DNA of 64,000 nucleotides from Candidatus Omnitrophota bacterium (GTDB taxonomy: Bacteria; Omnitrophota; Gorgyraeia; Zapsychrales; Fredricksoniimonadaceae), in NCBI GenBank assembly GCA_903908245.1, contig CAIVRE010000011.1, positions 2,411 to 66,410 of the forward strand, written 5' to 3'. The position numbers and the translations under genes were made by a program. This document shows, one piece after another, positions 39,580 to 48,686 of the stretch. The notes beneath the pieces were generated by a model. The model was not told the origin of the DNA and searched no databases. It saw only the letters and a program-made list of their open reading frames with translations. Position 1 is the stretch's first letter. Every line of letters starts with the position of its first letter.

Positions 39580-41334
39580 ATGCCGGTCAAAAGTTTTCTT
39601 AGAAGCAAGGTCGCGATTATCGTTGTTTTGGCTTTGGCCACGGCATTGACATTTCAATGCGTCCGGCGGTTTCAGTTCCTGGGCATGGACGATCATGTTT
39701 ATGTCTGGAACAATGACGCTGTCAAGAAGGGCTTCACGCCCGAAGGCATTCGATGGGCGTTGTGCGCCGACCTGTGTTTTCCCGACAATCAGGCCGATTA
39801 TTGGCAGCCCATGACGTTCCTTTCCAGGATGCTGGATGTTCAGCTTTTCGGGATGGATCCGGGGGCGCATCATCTGGTCAATTTGTTCTTCCATATTCTT
39901 AATGCCAGCCTTTTATTCATCATCCTCTGGCTTTTTACCCGACGACAATACTTGAGCTTTCTGGCCGCATTATTATTTGCCCTGCACCCTTTGAACAGTG
40001 AGGTTTTGGGGTGGGTTACCGCGCGGAAAGACGTCTTGTCCCATTTCTTTGCTTTAACGTCCATGGCCTTATATTTTTATTGGGGGAAGATCTCCTGGAA
40101 AAAATACGCGCTGCTCGTTGTCATCTTTGCTTTTGGCCTGATGTCCAAGCCGACAGTGATCGTCTTGCCTGCGCTTTTGTTCATGATGGAATGCATGCGT
40201 TTTGACGGCCAGTTTTGGCTGGAGAATATAAAGAGCGCCTTGCGCAAGACCTGGCCGTTCTTCTTGGTCGCACTGGCGTATTTCCCAATCCCATGGATAG
40301 GCCAGCCGCATGCATTTAAGGACGCTGTTAATCCGCCGGTTCTAAAGGCGGTGTCCGCTTATGGGTTTTATCTTCAAAAGATCCTTTGGCCATCGGATTT
40401 AACATTGTACGGCCCTGTGCCGTATAGTCCGGTGAATGGGAGGGGGGTTGGCATTACTGTTTTTGTTCTTGGTTCCATCACGGCGCTGGCCATGAAATTC
40501 TATCGACGGGAGAAAATGCTGGCGGTGGGGTGGGGGGTGTTCCTGATATGTATGTTGCCGTCTGTTTTTATCGACTGGCCGGCAGATCGGTTCACCTATT
40601 TATCCAAGGCCGGGATATTGATCATGCTTGTCTGGGCTTTTGCCTTATGGCGTCCGAAGGTTCGGCTTCTCTGCCTGGCATTGGCGGGTGTTATTGCCTA
40701 TATTGTTTTATCTGTACATGCCATTATGTTTTGGCAGAATGACCAGATCCTTATGGAACGCGCGCTGAGGTTCTACCCCAATAATTACGCGGCGCATAAC
40801 CTTTTAGGCGTCTGGTATGGCCAAAGGAGCGATCTGGTCAAGGCGGAGGGCCATCTTCAGAATGCGATCGATATTTATCCCGGCCGCGATAAGCCCTGGG
40901 CTAACTTGGGCAATATCCGCATGGAACAAAAACGCTACGATGAGGCCAGGCGCTTGTTTCGGGAATCCTTGAAACGCAACCCTGATGACTATCAAACGAT
41001 CACAAATCTGGGTAATGCGTACATCAATTTAAAGGATTATAAAAGGGCTATAGAGGTTTATCAGGAAGCCCTGAAGCTGCGGCCTAATGAGCGTCAGATC
41101 CTTAATAATATGGCTATAGCGTATTTGGCGGATGGTGATCCTCAAGAGGCCTTAAAGCTTGCGGAAGGCCTTCAGGATGCCCGGTTGTATTTTTTTCTGG
41201 GAGCCAGGGCTTATGAGGCGGGCGATAAGTCGTTGGCCATTGAAATGCTGGAAAGGTCTGTTAACTTAAACCCGGAGAGTGGCGCCAGGGCTGTTGAATT
41301 GATCAGAAAGATCCAAGGGGGCGATTCCAATTGA
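39580..41334 (+). CDS. TMTC-like GT-C membrane glycosyltransferase with C-terminal TPRs
   Basis: DDHVYVWNN, YWQPMT, HPLNSEVLGWVTARKD, SKPT, ADRFTYL; TPR repeats AHNLLG, WANLG, TNLGNAY, NNMA. Confidence 0.82.
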   Translation: MPVKSFLRSKVAIIVVLALATALTFQCVRRFQFLGMDDHVYVWNNDAVKKGFTPEGIRWALCADLCFPDNQADYWQPMTFLSRMLDVQLFGMDPGAHHLVNLFFHILNASLLFIILWLFTRRQYLSFLAALLFALHPLNSEVLGWVTARKDVLSHFFALTSMALYFYWGKISWKKYALLVVIFAFGLMSKPTVIVLPALLFMMECMRFDGQFWLENIKSALRKTWPFFLVALAYFPIPWIGQPHAFKDAVNPPVLKAVSAYGFYLQKILWPSDLTLYGPVPYSPVNGRGVGITVFVLGSITALAMKFYRREKMLAVGWGVFLICMLPSVFIDWPADRFTYLSKAGILIMLVWAFALWRPKVRLLCLALAGVIAYIVLSVHAIMFWQNDQILMERALRFYPNNYAAHNLLGVWYGQRSDLVKAEGHLQNAIDIYPGRDKPWANLGNIRMEQKRYDEARRLFRESLKRNPDDYQTITNLGNAYINLKDYKRAIEVYQEALKLRPNERQILNNMAIAYLADGDPQEALKLAEGLQDARLYFFLGARAYEAGDKSLAIEMLERSVNLNPESGARAVELIRKIQGGDSN

Positions 41335-41382
41335 TCTAATATGTTATGTTCACTGTACCAAAAGGCGTTTCCCTGTGTGCGT

Positions 41383-41410
41383 AGTTAACATAACACATAT
41401 TATAGGAAGT
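41383..41410 (-). other. dif: dif site (XerC/XerD chromosome dimer resolution site)
   Basis: Minus strand ACTTCCTATAA-TATGTG-TTATGTTAACT with 11-6-11 structure. Close to B. subtilis dif ACTTCCTAGAA-TATATA-TTATGTAAACT and to the E. coli XerD arm TTATGTTAAAT. Intergenic between convergent genes at the gene-orientation switch. Confidence 0.88.
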
Positions 41411-41457
41411 TGTCGGGATGTGAAAAAGTCGGCCTTCCTGGGCCGCTGAAGCTTATA

Positions 41458-42600
41458 TTAAGCCCGCATCAGAATGATCTTTTCTGCCGCTTCTGGCGTA
41501 ATGTCCCCATGTTCGCCAAAGACAACACCCCGTTTGGTGAATCGTGCGCGGATTTCACGGCCCGCCTCTTCGGCGTTGATCTTATACTCCGAGAAGCGCG
41601 TCTTCATCCCTAATGACCTGAAGAATGCCTCTGTCCGATCGATGGCATCCTGGGCTGAATTGGCCTGCCAGACATTCCGGCCGTATTGTTCCAGTTTGGC
41701 CTGTTTGTCCTTGAATTTGTATTCCCAGACTCCAAAGAGCACAATTGCGAGGGTTTCGGCATGGTCCAGGCCGTATAAAGCCGTTATTTCAACGGAAATA
41801 CGATGGGTGGACCAATCCTGCGGAACTCCGACGCTGATAAGGTAATTTAAGGCCAATGTGGCGCTCCACATGAAAGTCGCGCGGGCTTCATAATTGGCCG
41901 GATCCTTTAAAGTAACGGGCCCGACTTCAGCCAAAGTCTGCAATAACGATTCAGCCCAGCGGTCCTGTAAAGGTGCCGACGACGGATAAGTGATGTATTG
42001 TTCCAGGACATGCGTGAATGCATCGACAATACCGTTACGGACCTGTTTTTGAGGAATTGTCAAAGTCACTGCCGGATCCAGAATAGCGAACCTTGGATAT
42101 ACATGCGGCGATACGAACATTAATTTTTCCTGAGTGTCTCGTCGGGAAATGACTGCGTTGCCGTTATTCTCGGATCCCGTGGCCGGGATGGTGAGCACAA
42201 CGCCCACCGGCAGGGCTTTCGTGATATTGGCCCCTTTATGCAGAATGATCTCCCAGGGGTCTTTGCCCTGGAAATAGGCTGCCGCCGCAATGAACTTCCC
42301 GGAATCGATCACTGACCCTCCCCCGACCGCCAGAATAAATCCGACGGACTCGCGTCGGACAATATCCAAAGCTTTCAGGCAGGTTCCTAGCTGGGGGTTG
42401 GGCTCTACCCCGCCGAATTCAATGATATTTCGCCCGGCCAATGCTGCCCGGACCTGGTCATAGACGCCGTTCTTCTTGATCGACCCGCCGCCGTACAGGA
42501 ATAGGACGGGCTTGTCCGCAGGAACGCGTGTAACAAGTTCTTTGATCATGCCCTGGCCGAAAATGATCTCGGTTGGATTTTTATAAATAAAATTCTTCAT
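41458..42600 (-). CDS. Iron-containing alcohol dehydrogenase (YqhD/Bdh-like)
   Basis: YGGGSIKKNG, EPNP, GGGSVID, TIPATGSE, DAFTHVLE, DWSTH, DHA. Confidence 0.92.
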   Translation of the reverse strand: MKNFIYKNPTEIIFGQGMIKELVTRVPADKPVLFLYGGGSIKKNGVYDQVRAALAGRNIIEFGGVEPNPQLGTCLKALDIVRRESVGFILAVGGGSVIDSGKFIAAAAYFQGKDPWEIILHKGANITKALPVGVVLTIPATGSENNGNAVISRRDTQEKLMFVSPHVYPRFAILDPAVTLTIPQKQVRNGIVDAFTHVLEQYITYPSSAPLQDRWAESLLQTLAEVGPVTLKDPANYEARATFMWSATLALNYLISVGVPQDWSTHRISVEITALYGLDHAETLAIVLFGVWEYKFKDKQAKLEQYGRNVWQANSAQDAIDRTEAFFRSLGMKTRFSEYKINAEEAGREIRARFTKRGVVFGEHGDITPEAAEKIILMRA

Positions 42601-42612
42601 GTATCCTTTCCG

Positions 42613-43662
42613 TTATAGTTCTTTCTTTCGCGCCCAACGTAATGTTGCACTCTTGGAGCGTGGATTGTCATATCGTTCCTCGGATGTAGCCCGGATAGGT
42701 TCGCGGCTTATATCGGCATACACCCCGGATTTTAATCCTTCCTGGAAGGAATGGACAACGCGATCATCCTCTCCGGAATGGAAAGTAAGAATAGCAACCT
42801 TACCATTGGGCTTAAGGCATGCGGGCAGGTTCTTCAGGAATTGTTCCAGGACAAAGAATTCGTCATTAACAGCGATACGCAAAGCCTGGAATGTCCTTCG
42901 GATAGACCGTATCCGTTCTTCTTTGTCGGCATCGGAGAATGCACGGGGCAGTGCCCGCCGTACGGCCTCAGCCAGTTCTGTGGTGGTGGATATCTTCATG
43001 CGCGATTTAAAAACAATTTTTGCGATCTGTTGTGCGTATGGTTCATCCGAATTGGTCTGTAGCATTTCTTCGAGGCCTTGTTCCGACAGTGACTGCAGCA
43101 GGGTTGATGCCGGTTGGCCGCGTTCGGGGTTGAGCCGCAGATCAAGCGGCCCTTCCCTTTTGAAGGTGAACCCTCGCGCAGGGTCGTCCAACTGCATGGA
43201 GGATATGCCCAGGTCCGCCAGGATGAGGTCAAACCCGCCCCCTGCTTCGGGCAGGATCTTTTGGACGCCGGCGAAGTTGATCCGCCTGAGAATGAGGCTC
43301 TGTTCGGTGTATCCCTGTGCCCGCAGACGTGCTTGAGTCCGTTTTATTTCAATAGGATCAACATCGATCCCCCACAGGCATCCATTCGGGGTGATGCGCG
43401 CAAGGATCTCGCGGGCATGTCCGCCGTACCCGAGCGTTGCGTCAAGGGCGGTCTGGCCTGGGCATGGATCAAGGACCTTAAGGATCTCCTGGACGAGGAT
43501 CGGACGGTGCGAGCCTGCCGGAGTTTTCCCGCTTTGAATGATCTTTTGCACATCATCCGCATAGTGTTCAGGGTCGAGCTCCTTGTATTTCTCGTTGAAC
43601 CGGCGCGGATTCTTGCCTTTGTAACGTTCACGGCGCTTTTTTTGTGGGGCTTCGCTGCCCAT
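42613..43662 (-). CDS. rsmH: RsmH/MraW-family 16S rRNA m4C1402 methyltransferase with N-terminal extension
   Basis: DATLGYGGHA, ADLGISSMQLD, FQALRIAVNDE, TFHSGEDD, NPRSKSA. Confidence 0.85.
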   Translation of the reverse strand: MGSEAPQKKRRERYKGKNPRRFNEKYKELDPEHYADDVQKIIQSGKTPAGSHRPILVQEILKVLDPCPGQTALDATLGYGGHAREILARITPNGCLWGIDVDPIEIKRTQARLRAQGYTEQSLILRRINFAGVQKILPEAGGGFDLILADLGISSMQLDDPARGFTFKREGPLDLRLNPERGQPASTLLQSLSEQGLEEMLQTNSDEPYAQQIAKIVFKSRMKISTTTELAEAVRRALPRAFSDADKEERIRSIRRTFQALRIAVNDEFFVLEQFLKNLPACLKPNGKVAILTFHSGEDDRVVHSFQEGLKSGVYADISREPIRATSEERYDNPRSKSATLRWARKKEL

Positions 43663-43677
43663 GGAGCACTTTCCTTT

Positions 43678-44151
43678 TTATTTTGCCTGGCTTTGACCCA
43701 TTGGCTGAGTTTGGACTGTTACTTTCCCTTGTTGCCCCTGTTGTTCCTTCATTTCCTGGTGATGTTCCCTGCGGTTTTCATCAAAATGACGCAGGCTTCT
43801 TTCGTCTTTTTCGATATTCTTGTGGATAAAGCGCATCTGTTTTTCCAGCGGATTAGCCTTTGCCTGTATTTTCTGAACCTGTTCCCTTAATGGACTTATT
43901 TGTGCCTGGAGTTTCTTGATTTGATCATTCAACGGTTTCATTTGGGCCTGAAGAGGTTGAAGTTGGTCCTGTAATTGCTTTTCTTGTATACGTAATAACT
44001 GGATCTGCTGGCGAATTTCCTTGGCTTCTCCTTGTTTCCCATATTCGTTCACCGCAGGGGTTGCTGTCTGTTGGGCACGGACTGGGGATACAGCAATAAA
44101 TATCATGGGCAGAGCAATGATCGTCGTTAAGAATGCTTTTGATACCTTCAT
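43678..44151 (-). CDS. Secreted Gln-rich coiled-coil protein
   Basis: Signal peptide ending AVSPVRA; heptad repeats QLQPLQAQMKPLNDQIKKLQAQISPL; GGAGG RBS. Confidence 0.75.
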   Translation of the reverse strand: MKVSKAFLTTIIALPMIFIAVSPVRAQQTATPAVNEYGKQGEAKEIRQQIQLLRIQEKQLQDQLQPLQAQMKPLNDQIKKLQAQISPLREQVQKIQAKANPLEKQMRFIHKNIEKDERSLRHFDENRREHHQEMKEQQGQQGKVTVQTQPMGQSQAK

Positions 44152-44202
44152 ATTACCTCCATTGGTTGTCCTGACATGAGTTGTCCCTGTGTAATTGTAT
44201 TA

Positions 44203-44763
44203 TTATTTGCTAGTTCCAGTCTTAGTTAAGGGCGGCTTCTGGGTTTCGTTCTTTTGAGGAACTTCTTTGGAAGAAGATTCTTTACTTAACAGCTCTTGTG
44301 CTTTTTGAAGGTCGCTCTTGTCTTGATAACAACGAGCAAGTTCCTCTTTGGTGCTCTGCAATTCACTTTTTGCCGCGCCCGAATTCTTACTCAAAGCACT
44401 CAGGTCTTTTTGAAGGGAGTCTTTGTCTTTTTGGGTAGCTTGTAATTCATTCGTTGTTGCCTTTAATGCGTCATTTAACTGATCCTGCTTTTTTTGAAGC
44501 GTGTCCCTGTCCTCTTTAGTGGTCTGCAATCTGTCTTTTATCGCATCCATATCTTTGGTTAACTCATCTTGTTTTTTCTGAAGAGAGTCCTTGTCTTGTT
44601 TAATGCGGGCCATTTCGGTTTTTGTCCCGGACAGTTGTTCGTTTGTATCGTCCAACTCTTTTTGTTTCGCGTTCAATGCTCCGTTACAAATAAAATATAT
44701 ACTCCCCAAAAACAGAAGCACGACAACTAAAAATACGATAAAGATCATTTTCTTCTTTTCCAT
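44203..44763 (-). CDS. Membrane-anchored coiled-coil protein with 28-aa repeats
   Basis: N-terminal TM helix, three 28-aa repeats, AGGAGG RBS. Confidence 0.75.
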   Translation of the reverse strand: MEKKKMIFIVFLVVVLLFLGSIYFICNGALNAKQKELDDTNEQLSGTKTEMARIKQDKDSLQKKQDELTKDMDAIKDRLQTTKEDRDTLQKKQDQLNDALKATTNELQATQKDKDSLQKDLSALSKNSGAAKSELQSTKEELARCYQDKSDLQKAQELLSKESSSKEVPQKNETQKPPLTKTGTSK

Positions 44764-44791
44764 ATATCCTCCTGGTTTTATTAATTAAAGA

Positions 44792-45346
44792 TCATTTCTT
44801 TTTCTCGTCCGGGTGGGGCAAAATATCAGTTGTGGCTGAAAGCGGCGGAGCTTTTTCTTCTTTCATCTTTTTTTGATGGTGATGGGTCACCCGTTCTTCA
44901 GCCAGAACTTTTAACTTTGCCTGGGATTCAGTCCGTATCGCGTACAGTTTCTTTCGCTGTTCCGGCGTTAAGATCCCCCGGAGCTTGAACAAATAGTCAA
45001 TGCGATTATCGATAAGCTTCTCTTGAACTGCCAGGATCTCGTGTGCCATGGAATGAAGTTGGGCTTGATCAGGATCTTCCAATGATAATTCCTGCCTCAG
45101 GGCCGCATGTTTTGTCTTTATCTGCTCCCGCAAGGTGCTTTGATCGGCCAGAAATCCCTTGCTGAGTGCCTCTTTTTTCTGCGACTGCAGATTGGAAAAT
45201 CCAAAGCCCCCCTCTTCCAGCGTATTTATGTCATAGCCGACCGCAGCAATGTCCACTTCGACAGATTGTGCTGACGCCCGTCCTGTCAAAGGAAGGGTCA
45301 TGGCCAAAGCCAAGAAAAGAGTACTTAAATTAAGGCTTGATCGCAC
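44792..45346 (-). CDS. Spy/CpxP-family periplasmic protein
   Basis: Signal peptide; helical body; ILTPEQRKK (LTxxQ motif). Confidence 0.75.
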   Translation of the reverse strand: MRSSLNLSTLFLALAMTLPLTGRASAQSVEVDIAAVGYDINTLEEGGFGFSNLQSQKKEALSKGFLADQSTLREQIKTKHAALRQELSLEDPDQAQLHSMAHEILAVQEKLIDNRIDYLFKLRGILTPEQRKKLYAIRTESQAKLKVLAEERVTHHHQKKMKEEKAPPLSATTDILPHPDEKKK

Positions 45347-45352
45347 GGCCGT

Positions 45353-45730
45353 TCAACCTTTGCTGAGAATGACGATAATAATGCCAACCAGGATAAGCCC
45401 TGTGCCCAGGATCCGTTTCTTGGTGATGTGTTCTTTAAAGATGAAGTGTGATGCCGCCAGGATCATGATGTACTGAATGCTGTCGAGCGGGAAGGCAATG
45501 CTCAGGTCCATTTGAGCCAGGACCGTCATCCAGATCGTCATCCCGCAAGCCACAGACAACAGGCCCAGCCATGTTGTTGGCAGCCGGAGGACGGATTTGA
45601 AAAAGAGCAGGTATCCCCTGATATCCTCAGGATGAGTGTCGGGTAGGCTGTTGACGCTCTTTTTAAAGAGAACGTGCATGCAGGCGCCGAACAATTCAGT
45701 GAGAAGGATAAGACAAAAAACTTTAATCAT
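45353..45730 (-). CDS. SMR/EamA-family small transporter (ArnE/ArnF-like)
   Basis: 4 TM helices; DLSIAFPL, FKEHIT, GTGLILVG. Start taken at ATG 45730. Confidence 0.8.
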   Translation of the reverse strand: MIKVFCLILLTELFGACMHVLFKKSVNSLPDTHPEDIRGYLLFFKSVLRLPTTWLGLLSVACGMTIWMTVLAQMDLSIAFPLDSIQYIMILAASHFIFKEHITKKRILGTGLILVGIIIVILSKG

Positions 45731-46148
45731 GATCCGATCCTGCCCGTTTGCGCGTTGATTGAAAGATGAAATAAATGCCAAGGATAATAAAACAAACTCC
45801 TACCCACCTTAACGGACTGATATTTTCATGCAGGAAGACCAGTGATAATACCATGACGATAATGTAGTTCGTGCTGCCGATCGGGTAAACAACGCTTAGG
45901 TCCGCCTTGGAAAGAGCCGTGATCCAAAAGAAGAAGTTGAGGATATAGAGGCTGATGCCGATCCATAAATAACCGCTGTGGCATATTCCTGTTATGAATA
46001 ATGCGAGATTGCTGAAGGTGATATTGTCGAGCCCCGAAGCCAGGGCGGCTTTCTTATAAAACAGTTCTCCGAGGGATTCAAGGATATCCGAAAAGAGGAC
46101 AAGGAATATGATGCCAAAAGATAGAATATTGATGTTAGGCTTTTTCAT
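45723..46148 (-). CDS. SMR/EamA-family small transporter (ArnE/ArnF-like)
   Basis: 4 TM helices; DLSVVYPI, LHENIS, RWVG. Confidence 0.8.
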   Translation of the reverse strand: MKKPNINILSFGIIFLVLFSDILESLGELFYKKAALASGLDNITFSNLALFITGICHSGYLWIGISLYILNFFFWITALSKADLSVVYPIGSTNYIIVMVLSLVFLHENISPLRWVGVCFIILGIYFIFQSTRKRAGSDHD

Positions 46149-47281
46149 GATGATCCGGCTTTCACGGATTTTAGGACAGGGTCGAAATTCTCCGGTTTAA
46201 GAACAAGGCCTAAAAGCCCGAAGAAAATATTGATAACAGGATTTCTGTGTTTCGCGTAGATATATTGTGGGGTAAAAACAAAATCCAGGCGTTTCTTGGG
46301 TTCGTAATTCAAGGCTCCGGCTTCGTAACTTTGAATGCCGTTCTCGATACACCATCGGATAATAACACGGTATGTGTCAAAGTAAAGGTGGTATTGATAA
46401 GCTACGGAATAATCCAGGCCGATATATTCATCGACCATTTGGTTATGGGATACCAGACAAAGGTCAAAGGCCACTAATTTCCCGTTGAGTTTCCAAAGAA
46501 AGAATTTTGCCTCCCCTGGCATGCGGGCAGCGATCTGCTCAAAGAATGATCTGGGCAGGACTTCAAACTGGATTTCGCTTTTTTGAAGAGTGTTCAGGTA
46601 AAGCTGGTAAGCGTCATCTGCCAATTCCCCGAGGTTGTCCTGCACTTCCACTTTCAGGAGTGGCTGGTCGTCAATTTCTTTAAACTTCTTTTTAAGGCTT
46701 TTGCGGGTAGATTTGCTGAGTGAGGCGAGGTAATCATCGAAAGATCTGAAGTTTATCTTCAGTTCAACTGAAGGGAAACTGCGTATTTTATGGAAACTGT
46801 AAGTTGAAAGGTTGTCGAGGAATCCTGTATAGGCCTGATGAAAATCTTTAAAGGCTAAAATATTGATCTTTTCCTGGCGGGCCAGTGAAGAAATGGTTTC
46901 ATTCAGGGCCCGGGCGATCTCCGGCTGATCCTGCCCGATCACCCCCAGCTTTCCACCGGACAAGGGGGATCCGCAAATAAACACCTTAAGGTTGAACAAA
47001 TGCGGCAGTCTTTTTTTAATTGCGCGGGTGAGCTTTTTGAAGGGGCCCTTGATCGTTGTATCAAGAGCAACTTCGGTGACGAACGCGGGAACAAGGCATA
47101 TGATCTGGGAGCCTTTGCAGATCGTCAGGTAATAAAATTTATATTCATCGGAGAAGGATTCCTCGACAACTTTATAGAAGGCATAGTTCTCTGGAACAGA
47201 AGGAAAGATGCTCGCCCATGTCGCCGGGGCGATCTCATCAATCGATCGAAAGATCACAGTTGTTAATCCGGGTCTTTCCAT
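46145..47281 (-). CDS. GNAT/FemAB-like acyl/aminoacyl transferase
   Basis: SFDDYLASLSKSTRKSLKKK, YIGLDY, LYF, GALNYEPKKRL, typical of tandem GNAT (FemAB-like) proteins. Confidence 0.75.
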   Translation of the reverse strand: MERPGLTTVIFRSIDEIAPATWASIFPSVPENYAFYKVVEESFSDEYKFYYLTICKGSQIICLVPAFVTEVALDTTIKGPFKKLTRAIKKRLPHLFNLKVFICGSPLSGGKLGVIGQDQPEIARALNETISSLARQEKINILAFKDFHQAYTGFLDNLSTYSFHKIRSFPSVELKINFRSFDDYLASLSKSTRKSLKKKFKEIDDQPLLKVEVQDNLGELADDAYQLYLNTLQKSEIQFEVLPRSFFEQIAARMPGEAKFFLWKLNGKLVAFDLCLVSHNQMVDEYIGLDYSVAYQYHLYFDTYRVIIRWCIENGIQSYEAGALNYEPKKRLDFVFTPQYIYAKHRNPVINIFFGLLGLVLKPENFDPVLKSVKAGSS

Positions 47282-47282
47282 T

Positions 47283-48686
47283 CTACATAGCCGTGGCTAT
47301 CGCTTTTTGTAGTGCTTCTTCAAAAAGGTCCACCGCCAGGTCGATCTCCTGTTCCGTGATGTAAAGCGATGGCGCGAGCGTAAAAACGTTCTTGTAGTAT
47401 CCGCCCACATCCAGGACAAGCCCGTGTTTTTTGCCGCCGGCTTTTAATTCACCGCTGAGCCCGATGTTCATGATCGCATCCGTTAACTCCCGGTTTGGCG
47501 TAAATCCGTCTTTCTGGCATATTTCGATCCGCAGGGCCAATCCCATCCCTTCGACTTCGCCGATCTGCGGATATTTCTTTTGGAGGTTTTTAAGCCGGGA
47601 CACGAAATACCGGCCTTTAAGCGGAACGGATGTCGCGAAGTCCGATCCCTCGATCAGGTCCATGACTTCCAGCCCGACCGCGGTCCCCAGCGGATTCGAA
47701 GAGAATGTTGCGTGGGTCATCCCCGGAGGAAAGACTTCCGGCGAGATCAGTTCTTCTTTTGCCCAGATCGCCGAGATCGGGTTAAGGCCATTGGTCAGGG
47801 CTTTGCCGAACACCATGATATCCGGTGTAACTCCGTAATTTTCGATCGCCCAAAGTTTGCCTGTCCGATAAAATCCCATTTGGATCTCGTCATCCACCAG
47901 CAGGATCTTGTAGCGGTCGAGGATCTTCTTCAATTCCACAAAATAATCTTTTGGCGGGATGACATAACCGCCTGTTGCCTGGATCGGTTCCACGAAGAAT
48001 GCGCCGTATTCACACTGGCGCGTTTTTGTATTAACAAGCGAATAATATTCCGACTCAAAAAGCCGTTCGAACTGCCGCAGGCATGCGAACTGGCAGGTCT
48101 CTTTCTTCTTCCCCAGCGGGCAGCGGAAACAATACGGATACGGGACAAAATTGGCCCGGTCCGCGAAATGCCCGAACTTTTCACGGTAGCGATAACTCGA
48201 GGTGATCGCGGTCGCGCCCAATGTACGGCCATGGTAGCTTCCCATGAACGCAAAGACCGGATTCTTTTTTGTATGATTACGGACGACCTTGATGGCATCT
48301 TCGATCGCAGAGGCCCCTCCGACATTAAAATGCACCCGGCCTTTGGCTTTGAATTTTTGCTCAATATCCCGGGAGATCTTGGCCGACAACAGGATCTTTT
48401 CTTTGTGCAGATACTGACAGGCCAGTTGAGGTAAAGTATTGACCTGCCTGGTAAGCGCCGTTCTCAGGCGTGGATGGTTATAGCCGAATGTCGCCGCCGA
48501 ATACCACATCTGAAGGTCAAAGAACGGGGTGCCTTTTTCATCGTAGAGATAGCTGCCTTCACAGCGGGTAAAAATATTCAGTTCTTTGGCATAATGGACC
48601 GTATCACCCCATGAGCAATACTGCGACTCCAGTTTCAATAATTCCTGATCAGAGAGCTTCTTGTCTTCTTTTTTCGTTTTATTCAT
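47283..48686 (-). CDS. Class III PLP-dependent aminotransferase
   Basis: SYHGRTLGA, EPIQATGG, DEIQMGFYRTG, FGKALTNG (PLP lysine), HATF. Confidence 0.92.
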   Translation of the reverse strand: MNKTKKEDKKLSDQELLKLESQYCSWGDTVHYAKELNIFTRCEGSYLYDEKGTPFFDLQMWYSAATFGYNHPRLRTALTRQVNTLPQLACQYLHKEKILLSAKISRDIEQKFKAKGRVHFNVGGASAIEDAIKVVRNHTKKNPVFAFMGSYHGRTLGATAITSSYRYREKFGHFADRANFVPYPYCFRCPLGKKKETCQFACLRQFERLFESEYYSLVNTKTRQCEYGAFFVEPIQATGGYVIPPKDYFVELKKILDRYKILLVDDEIQMGFYRTGKLWAIENYGVTPDIMVFGKALTNGLNPISAIWAKEELISPEVFPPGMTHATFSSNPLGTAVGLEVMDLIEGSDFATSVPLKGRYFVSRLKNLQKKYPQIGEVEGMGLALRIEICQKDGFTPNRELTDAIMNIGLSGELKAGGKKHGLVLDVGGYYKNVFTLAPSLYITEQEIDLAVDLFEEALQKAIATAM

